Shown: positions 34,822-43,617 of the stretch, piece after piece
How positions within the stretch are numbered: the stretch's first letter is position 1
How the letters are laid out: each line of letters starts with the position of its first letter
From: Cyanophora paradoxa CCMP329
Taxonomy: Eukaryota > Plantae > Glaucophyta
Direction of reading: 5' to 3'
NCBI GenBank assembly: GCA_004431415.1
Contig: QPMI01000709.1
Location: 248,001-312,000 of the forward strand
Length of the DNA: 64,000 bases
The notes under the pieces: model-generated
Seen by the model: only the letters and a program-made list of their open reading frames with translations
Database searches by the model: none
What the model was told of the DNA's origin: nothing
Position numbers and translations under genes: made by a program

Positions 34822-35832
34822 CTATATTGCAGAAATTAATTCACCTTGCCATACAGTGTAAGCTGTTCCAGCATCACCAAATAAGGCACCTTCATCAAGT
34901 TTGATTCGGACTGCATCGTTTCCAGCAAGATTAATAATAACATTGAACCCTAAATTTCTGAATCCAGCACCACCTGCGACTCCTGTAAGACCACGCAATG
35001 CGACAGAAGCACCATTCACTGTCATAGTAACCCCTGTGTTAGTAGTAGTTGCCGATGTGGTGGTTCCTATAAATATGAACCGGTAGCTTCCTGGGACAGG
35101 TGCTGTAAATACCCCGTTTGCAAATGAAGAAGTATCTGCAAACACATGACCCCAGACAGTTATGTTTCCTATGGTGGTAACTGAACTGTTAAGTCCGACA
35201 CAAAAACGTGGGTGATTTGGAGTTGACAGGTAACATGATGTCCCATTAACACTCAAACCATAATACGAATACTGTGTGCTATTATAAGTGTAGGTTTTTT
35301 TAAATGTAGAAGCAATCATTGCCCCACCTCTCTTGATCTCAAAATTGTCACTTGCACCCACAGTATCAATGGAATTCGTTTTAATTCCACCACTTGCTGT
35401 GAGCAACCCAGTAAATCCTCCTGTTGTCCCACTCACAGCCCCAGCATAATTGGTTGCTGTCACTGTCCCATTAACAGCGAGTCCAGTCCCAATCCATGCC
35501 CCGCCACTGTAAACTTGGAAAGCCGCCGAATTCCTATCAGCCGGATTAAAAGCCGTTTTGGAATCCTGTTGACCTTCATATAGATTTTCTTTGGTGACCA
35601 GCCCCGAAGAGATTGCGGGTCGATTCGATACGATTATTTGAGTAGCTTTAACGACTCCATCAGCCTTGTCAGCTCGGAGTTCTTTGACTCTGAGTATGCT
35701 TTGGTCATTAAAAGAATCGGTTTTCGCTGTCTCAGTCGAAGGGTGGCTCGGAGATAAATCATAGACTGTGTGTTGCACATTATGGACAGCACTGGCTGAT
35801 AAGGAAAACACAGGTGTGAATACAGTCGACAT
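34822..35832 (-). CDS. Putative fibre protein, paralogue C, with C-terminal C1q-like globular domain (336 aa)
   Basis: Shared N-terminal domain; C-terminal PRFCV..FANGVFTAPVPGSYRFIF..IINLAGNDAVRI..WQGELI is a gC1q signature. Confidence 0.75.
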   Translation of the reverse strand: MSTVFTPVFSLSASAVHNVQHTVYDLSPSHPSTETAKTDSFNDQSILRVKELRADKADGVVKATQIIVSNRPAISSGLVTKENLYEGQQDSKTAFNPADRNSAAFQVYSGGAWIGTGLAVNGTVTATNYAGAVSGTTGGFTGLLTASGGIKTNSIDTVGASDNFEIKRGGAMIASTFKKTYTYNSTQYSYYGLSVNGTSCYLSTPNHPRFCVGLNSSVTTIGNITVWGHVFADTSSFANGVFTAPVPGSYRFIFIGTTTSATTTNTGVTMTVNGASVALRGLTGVAGGAGFRNLGFNVIINLAGNDAVRIKLDEGALFGDAGTAYTVWQGELISAI

Positions 35833-35853
35833 CTTTTGATTGTTCTTTACTTA

Positions 35854-38800
35854 TTATGTGAGAATATTATTGTTTTGGAGAGGTCCGACAGCAATCCAAT
35901 GGAGTTTAAGGGTGCGATTTGCTGCTGTGACATTTGTGAAATTAGTCGATGCGAAAGCTGTGAATCTAACGATCCATGTAAACTTAGTTTTTAGTCCTAC
36001 TCTCTCATTATTAACATACTCAGGTCCGATATACACACAGTTGGTCATTTCCCAATTTACAGAGTTGTAGCTATTCTCGATAGAGGTAGTAATCACTGCA
36101 TCACTATAAAATGGGGTAGAGAATACGACCGTTCCCGATAACTGAAAGGTCTCTCCTGCATTGTATATTCTATTTTCCAAAACTACATTCGCTGTCCCCT
36201 GTTGCACATATGCATTTGCATTCACATAATTACCGAAATTCGTAAGCAACTCTATGCTGTGATTGTGAGTAGGTGGCGAAGTGGGTGTGTTAATTAAATC
36301 GTCATAGTTCCCGCTTGTAGCCACAGCATGCAAGTTTGGTGTATTAACGAGATCATTATAGTTTCCACTTGTAGCCACAGCATGCAAGGTCGGTGCAGTA
36401 GGGGTGTTAGTTAAATCATTGTAGTCACCACTTGTAGCCACAGCATGCAAATTCGGTTTAGTAAATAGTCTATCCCATGTCCATTGAAAGGGAGTGTAGA
36501 TTCTGATATAATTACACTTTGATCAATCCAACGAGGTATATAAGTGGTGAAATCGGGAATTCTTGATAAATCATAGTAATCACCTGTGAATGCTACACTA
36601 CTCCAAGTTGGCTTCTCCGTAATATCAGTCCATTTACCACTAAATCCTGCCGGGACATCTGTGAGTTCTTTGTAGCTCACCTTTTGCTTTGGTATGGAGA
36701 GTTCAATGGGCGAAAATGCACCTGAAAGGTAATTCTCAGAAGAGAAATACATGAGATTATGGCTGTTTGGGAACACATCCACAAGATTAAAGGTGAAATT
36801 CGTTGGTAATTCGACTCTACTAATTGGAGTGTTTGCATCTAATATATATTCAGCACCTGGGTGAACAACAGGAAATGTCTGAGCATTTGGAGTATCAACA
36901 AGGAAATTCGGAGCATGAACATCACCTGTGACAGTTCCACCAGTGAGAGGAAGGTAAGCACCCTCCACAGCAATTCCTGCGATGATTGTTGCTCCATTGT
37001 CTCTCAGATAATCCTCTGTTACCACTCTTGATATGGTCTCATTGTGAATATTCTTTGCTGCTGCCCTCTGATTAATTTCTAAAACTCCCTCACCAACTCC
37101 ACCATTATAATTCGTTTTAATCCATGCAACCTCGCATTGTTTATAGTCATCTCGGTTCCCCAAAAGTGCATCTGGTAACAATCTCTCTCTGCTGAATATT
37201 AATTTCGGTCTTGATGAATCTAAATCACTCACATCAGTAACATTAATTTGGATTGCTGCGTTTTTATCATCATAGTTTGCTGGATCAGATGGTAGAGAGA
37301 TCAATCCTCCTGTCATTGGGATGTCATCTGCATAGTAGCTGGTAAGATAGATACCTGGTTTGGTGTCTTTAATTTCAATACCACCACCAAGTCCCAATAT
37401 TCCATTTCTTGTAGGGGTCTAATGTATAATTCGCCTTCCATTGTGGTGCCTGCATCGATTCCTTTGCGATTCACATAGTAATCATTTAATTGTAATCTTT
37501 CTGGTGTGTCTATATTTTGGTAGAGACTTACCCCATTGTTAATATCTCCTAGTAAAACATTACCTGCTGATGCAAAAGTGGGCTGCTCTCGTATTTCGCT
37601 CCAAATATGTAAATGGTCTTCCGGCGGAAACTCAGGTGGTATTCCATCAATATCGCCCCAATCATGCCTGTGATCTTCAGGTGGATATTTCTCAGGTTTA
37701 CCTAAGATCTCATCCCAGTCATGGTTGTGATCCTCTGGTGGATATCTCGCGGGTTTATTGTTGATCTGCTCCCAGTCAAGGTACATCTCAAAAATCTCAG
37801 GTTGTAAACCATCTGGTAATAATTCTTCATGGGGTTCATATGGTTGCTCATAATCAACAACTGGTGGTTCGTGACCATCTGCTAAATATTCCTCATGGGG
37901 TTCATAATTCTGCTCATATTCATACTCTTGTGGATCTAAACCATCTGGTAAATACTCTTCCTCATTGGGGTCATATTGATCATACTCATATTCCTGTGGG
38001 TCGAAACCATCAGGTAAATACTCTTCCTCATCTGGGACGAAGTAGTAATCATCAAGCTCCAAAATATCGATTTCAGGTGGTAGATACTGCTCATCAATCT
38101 GCTTTCTTGGTTCAATTATCGGTTTATTTCGAACCTGCTCCCAACTCACAATGTGTTGCCCAAAGGGAACTGTTTCATCTGCTGTATACTCTCTTCCTGG
38201 TTGCTTCTTGGGTGTTAAATCTGGTGGATCCCATGGAAGAGGGAAGGGAACTGGGAAAGGTCCATAATACTCAAAGATCTCTCTGATGGTCTTCTCACTT
38301 ACAAGTTTCTCACCATTTGCATACACATTGCTTCCATGGATATTTCGCCATTGCCTGGTTCTGATACCAAGATCTTTGGTGTTGGTTACCAATGGTAAAA
38401 GGTGCCTATCCATTTCGACAAGGTCTGGGTGTAAATGAATTGTTACTGGTTGAGTGGGGCTACTGTTGACAGTGATAGACGCCTTATTCTTTGCTGTATC
38501 ACCAGGTAATTGGAAACCGAATTGCGCATTAGAAGCCGAATTCGCCACAATATCTCGTGGATAAACATTGTTAGTGAACTCGATTTTGTTGGTTTCTCCA
38601 TGGGGGGCTATCTGTAATATTTCGGGAATTTGTGCAATTGCATTTGATCCTTCATTATAGATTCTTAAACCACTCTGATGCCCACCCTTCTCATTTTGAA
38701 CATTGAATATCAACCTTCCACTATCGAATCGAGTTGGAATATCTGGATGGGTTCCACTGGTTTTCAGTTTTCTTGGTCTGCTCCTGGTTGCTTTAATCTG

Positions 38801-39046
38801 GGCTACCTGATTCGATTTCACATTCCCCATGCTGAAAGCAACACTCACATCCTCTTTTTCAGGATCCATTTCGTTTATTGAAAGTGCATGCATTCTTGGG
38901 TGAGTCTTTGAGGGTTCATCTGCACTATGGTCGATTGAGATTGACCCTCTGGCTGTCAAGTTATCGAAATTTACATGTTTGTTATCTGCCTTCCCTCTTC
39001 CTGATGAAGGAATGGTTTGCAGGTTTGCTGGATAATTGAAACTCAT
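35854..39046 (-). CDS. Long phage-like tail-fibre protein (~1060 aa), split by two frameshifts (~37415, ~36490)
   Basis: Three overlapping ORFs join into one; HxHxWxxIxxKPxxYPP repeats, acidic EEYLPDGxxPQEYEY repeats, AYLPLTGGTVTG, and three LHAVATSGxYxDLxNTP repeats. Confidence 0.7.
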
Positions 39047-39095
39047 CCCAATTTACTCTACTTATAGAGATTTATTAAATTTGAGTTAAGTAAAG

Positions 39096-40637
39096 ATGCC
39101 CCTTCGTGTAATTCTCTCATTATCAGGTGGGGGAGCTCGTGGTATAATTATTACGAGATTGCTAAAAGAAATCGAAACTCGAACAGGAAAAAGAGTAATA
39201 GACCTTGTTGACCTGGTGAGTGGAACATCCACTGGTGGGATAATTGCAATCGGTCTCAATGTGAAAAATCCCGAATTTCCAAACGAACCTAAACTCACTG
39301 CAACCGATTTGCATTCCACTTATCTCAACCAACTGCCTTTAATCTTTGCAAATCCCAGAAATATTATTGATAATGCACTTTTCAACACCAAGTATGATGT
39401 GACCCCATTGGAGACAGCCATTCTCACTGTTACTGGTGAGTCTCTCATCCAAGACTCTCTAAAAGATGTGGTGATCACAAGTTTTGATACTGTGAGTATG
39501 AAGCCCATCTTTATTACCAATGATAACTTCTACAAATCCATCCCCAGCAAGATTGCTGCAAGATCCACCTCTGCTGCTCCTACTTACTTCTCACCTGTGA
39601 ACTATGATGGGATGTCTCTAATTGATGGTGCAATCTCAGGTAATAACAATCCCAGTGTATGTGGTTACAGCCATGCTAAGAAGATCTATGATGATGATGA
39701 TGATATAATTGTGATCAGTATATCCTGTGGTGAGGTTAATGAAACAGATGCCCCCAATGTGGGATATTCCTATGAAGATGTGAACAGCTGGGGTATCCTC
39801 TCTTGGATTGCTTCGACCTCTGGAAGTCCATTAATTAATATGTTGATGGCTGCAAGTGAACTCTCAGCCCTGGAAAAGATGCAAGAGTTTCTCCCATATA
39901 ATGATGACCAGGGATATGCAAGATATTATAGACTCTCTGTCCCACTTCCAAAGACCATAGTAAACTCTCTGGATGATACCTCTAAGATCCCTGATATGAT
40001 AGATGCAACCGAAATGTATATAGCAGCAAACACAGTCATGATTGATAGACTCTGTGATTTACTGGTTGCAAATTATGAAATCAAGAACCCTGCAAGGTTC
40101 TATATATCATCAACTCTGAATAACATGCCTCCCATTGATGCTAACTGGTATCTTCTATCAGATGGTGCATTCACTGCATCATCATCAAAAATTGGAAGGG
40201 AGGCATTTAAAGCAAGACCTTCATTAACTGGTTGGGAGGCAAATGCATCTGCTCCTGATGGGATATGGAGTGTTCCCACTGAGTATCTGCAAGTATCCTT
40301 CCCATATATATTTGAGGTAGCATCTATAATTGCATATGGTTCTGGTGTGACCAATGCCTTTGTTAAAACCTTCAATGTTGCAACATCACAAGATGGTGTT
40401 TCCTGGTCATTTATCAAGTATGAAGGTGTGAATAGAGTGTTTATGTGTGAAACAATTAATAATGCCCACAACAGTGGTGATGTCTCATACAGTTCTGGGT
40501 ATCCCACCTCTATAAGAGACGTTTTCTATATTGGCTACCCTCTGAGGACAAGGTATATTCGTATTTATCCACTGGTATATATAAATACCCCAACAATGAG
40601 AGTGGATGTCACAGGTGCATTTATTCGAAGTGCATAG
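39096..40637 (+). CDS. Patatin-like phospholipase fused to C-terminal F5/8 type C (discoidin) domain
   Basis: LSLSGGGARG, GTSTG nucleophile motif, SAAPTYF, IDGA; C-terminal EYLQVSF..FVKTFNVATSQDGVSW..TRYIRIYP..MRVDVTG. Confidence 0.9.
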   Translation: MPLRVILSLSGGGARGIIITRLLKEIETRTGKRVIDLVDLVSGTSTGGIIAIGLNVKNPEFPNEPKLTATDLHSTYLNQLPLIFANPRNIIDNALFNTKYDVTPLETAILTVTGESLIQDSLKDVVITSFDTVSMKPIFITNDNFYKSIPSKIAARSTSAAPTYFSPVNYDGMSLIDGAISGNNNPSVCGYSHAKKIYDDDDDIIVISISCGEVNETDAPNVGYSYEDVNSWGILSWIASTSGSPLINMLMAASELSALEKMQEFLPYNDDQGYARYYRLSVPLPKTIVNSLDDTSKIPDMIDATEMYIAANTVMIDRLCDLLVANYEIKNPARFYISSTLNNMPPIDANWYLLSDGAFTASSSKIGREAFKARPSLTGWEANASAPDGIWSVPTEYLQVSFPYIFEVASIIAYGSGVTNAFVKTFNVATSQDGVSWSFIKYEGVNRVFMCETINNAHNSGDVSYSSGYPTSIRDVFYIGYPLRTRYIRIYPLVYINTPTMRVDVTGAFIRSA

Positions 40638-40944
40638 AAATTCAGGACTTCTGATGTATGGTGCGCCAGATTATGGCGATTTTTTACAGTAGCTACTGTA
40701 TTTTCGCATTATTTTACTGTATGTTCCTTACAGTAGAAAGTAGCCGATTAATCGTTTTTTCGAAATATTTGTACGTAATATATACGTATATATACTCGAA
40801 ACCTACATCATCGTGTAGATCTTTTCAAGCGCTTTCCAGCGCTATGTCGGCGGTCGCGATCTGATGATCTGGTGGTGAGATACAAGCGTTTGAAGATGCC
40901 GACAGCCCCACAGTCGTAACGTGAAGTGATGCCGACAGTAGTAA

Positions 40945-41599
40945 CGCGAACCGTCAAGTATATATGCACATATATACATTTTGACCACAAAATAGCGGAT
41001 TGGTCGGTCGGCGACTCGGAGGTTCGATGTCACACGAAAAGTATGGTGTAGATATGGTGTATATATGTTGCACTCTTTCGGAGGTAATGACTTATTGTTG
41101 ATATAGATATCAGTTATGACTCATTGTTGAGGTAGATATCCGAAGACGACTCATTGTTGATATAGATATCAACAATTAGTCATAACCGGAGTCTTTCATC
41201 AATAGGGAAGCCAGAGTTTAGTATCGAATACAACAATCATAGATGTCTGCATCTGGAAATTCTATCTGCATCATCAAAAAGTCTTCTGCAATCTATCAGC
41301 CTCAACAACAATTCATAAGTTCTATCAGCCTCAAAACTCATTAATATTTTCTATCAGCCTCAACAATCATGTACATCATCGCTATCGAATACAACTTCCA
41401 TTGATGTTTTGTATCAAATACAACAATCATTACAAGATTGATGTCCAGAGGGAGCCCAGGAAATCCAACAGACAACTTTCGACATATATACCGCATATAT
41501 ACACAAAACCTCCGTAATCTCGGTTTGGTCAAACGGAATTTCTGGTAAAAAAGTGTATATATGTATATATATATATGCATATATACTTGACGGTTCGCG
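40945..41599. repeat. Central non-coding segment bounded by a perfect 24-bp inverted repeat, with inner ~30-bp direct repeats
   Basis: CGCGAACCGTCAAGTATATATGCA (40945-40968) vs its reverse complement at 41576-41599; three GACT(T/C)ATTGTTGA..TAGATATC copies at ~41088-41170; three TCTATCAGCCTCAA copies at ~41293-41364. Confidence 0.8.
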
Positions 41600-41787
41600 A
41601 TTGCGCGCAGTTCACAGTCAAGTTGAGTCAACCGATAAACGCAGGTAACTCTTCACCAACTGCTCCGTTTTCAATTCTGAAAGCAGATTCGGAATCCTCC
41701 CGACAGCGACTATCAGGTTTCGGTGAGATCGGGCACTAACAAAATAAAAAATTGACAAGGATTTTCTGGATTCTCTCAACTTCTGCT

Positions 41788-42030
41788 ATGGATCCCATCT
41801 ACCAAGACCCTGCTATCATCCATGCTGCCCAATCAGACTGGATCCATGATTTCAAAACTGCTTTCTATTACAATTTCTTCATGTCACAGCCAGAGCATGT
41901 GAGACTGTTCTTTGTTTACAATTACCAGCTGGTCTCAAACCTTGAAACTTTCTTCTTGGAAATTCTTGAAAAAGATAGACAAATGAGGAAAATTCGCCAG
42001 AGGTCTAAGAGATTCCGAAAGCGTTGTTAA
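41788..42030 (+). CDS. Small hypothetical viral protein with basic C-terminus
   Basis: ATG at 41788; ends RKIRQRSKRFRKRC; no recognisable family. Confidence 0.4.
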   Translation: MDPIYQDPAIIHAAQSDWIHDFKTAFYYNFFMSQPEHVRLFFVYNYQLVSNLETFFLEILEKDRQMRKIRQRSKRFRKRC

Positions 42031-42180
42031 TCTATTTCCTCTGCCCACTTCGTAAATTGAAGCGAGTTTGGGGTGCAGTATATGTTTCCTTGGTGGTTGA
42101 AAAGTCATTATACCATCTCTGACTGTTAACTTCTGATAATTTCTGGGTTCCTGCTATGGTCAACTTCTTTAATTCTTTCT

Positions 42181-43430
42181 CTACTCTGCCTTCTTTTGTG
42201 CTCTTGCTTCTGTGAGGGGCTCTTTTGGTACTTCACTTGCTTTTTCTATGCCCTCCTTTCTGATTGCTGAATCAACCCTGGCTTCCTCTTTTGCCTGTTC
42301 AAGGGCATCCACTGTGGGGGTTTCATGATACTCAACACCTTTGATGGGCAGCAGTTCATGAAAAGCGAATCTACCATCAACTATCTCACCACTGGGGCTT
42401 CTGATTCTGAACTTGAAGCCCTCTCTTCCCTCTACACTATAAACAATTCGAGACCAATTCACTCCCTGCTTTGCAAATGGGTTCTTTTCAACTTTCACTC
42501 TCACAAACATTCCAGGTTTCAGAGCATCGAGATACTCAATCGATTTCTTGAATCTCTGATCCTCCATACTCACAATCTCTTTGTAGTGGGCTTCTGTGGT
42601 TTCTGCTGGTTTTCTCTTGGTTGCAGAGTGAATGGTGTTATTATAATTATACTCAATGTCACCCAACACATCAAAAAATCGTGCAGTATTATTTGCAATG
42701 CAGTAGTTTGTGATCAATCTCTTGATCTGCCTGTTAAAGGCTTCAATCCGACCTTGGGTTCTGTGATCTGCAACATCACTTAGTTGATGCTCAATGAATT
42801 TCGTTCCCAAATAATCTGTGAATAACACATTGGTAAATTCGCTTCCACTATCACTCTGAATGCGAACAATAGGTCTGGGACTCTCTGTTCAAGTTGCTTG
42901 AATGCTGCAAGTGTAGTAAGAGCACTTTTGTCTCTCATTGGAATAATGAACCCTGTTCTCAGGGTTGACTCCATTGCACTCATAAATGTATCATAACCAT
43001 CATTCTGCTTTTTGTATGCAGGAAAGAAGAGCAGATCAATCACATAGGTATCAAGGGGTTGCCTAATTAGAATCATGGGATCTCTCTTTCGAGATAGGGT
43101 GGGTGCATTAATTTGGACAACCTCCTGCTTATCATACCATTCTCTCATCTTCTTGTAGTTCTCCTCTGGTAGTTCCTGTCTCATTGCAGTAAATCCCTTG
43201 TAGCCTGTCCTGGGATCATAGAACTTCTTAGCAATCTTTGACTCTTTTGGTGCTGTCTCAGCTGGGAGTGTCTCTGGGATTAATTGCTTGACCATCTCTG
43301 ATCTTTTTAATATTCGACTGCTCTTCTCCTCCACTGGAACTGTGATGGGCAGAATATTCCCTCGATCTTCAATTGCTTCTTTTCTAACAATTCTGGGTGG
43401 TTGTCTCAATCCTATTTGTGTAGAAGGCAT
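42181..43430 (-). CDS. Retroviral-type (RVE, DDE) integrase, split by a 1-nt frameshift near 42878
   Basis: FYDPRTGY..YVIDLL (D1); alternate frame gives RIQSDSGSEFTN (D2); QGRIEAFNRQIK (E); YNNTIHSATKRKP; GMFVRV..F.KQGVNWSRIVY. C-terminus may extend to ~42032 through another shift. Confidence 0.92.
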
Positions 43431-43455
43431 CTTTACCTTATCTCTCATATAATAA

Positions 43456-43617
43456 ATGCAAGAGTCTGTGTGGAAGGAGAACACAATTCCCAACTATTTT
43501 GCAATCGAGCCCAATGATCCAGGATTAAGATGTATATGGCTGCTGCATTTAATTCGCGGTTTATTACTTCTTGGAGAGCGAAACCAAAGAAAAAGAAAGA
43601 TTGATGAAGTAGATTAG
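43456..43617 (+). CDS. 53-aa micro-ORF between integrase and pPolB
   Basis: Hand-translated MQESVWKENTIPNYFAIEPNDPGLRCIWLLHLIRGLLLLGERNQRKRKIDEVD; preceded by TATAATAA; stop overlaps the pPolB stop. Confidence 0.3.
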   Translation: MQESVWKENTIPNYFAIEPNDPGLRCIWLLHLIRGLLLLGERNQRKRKIDEVD

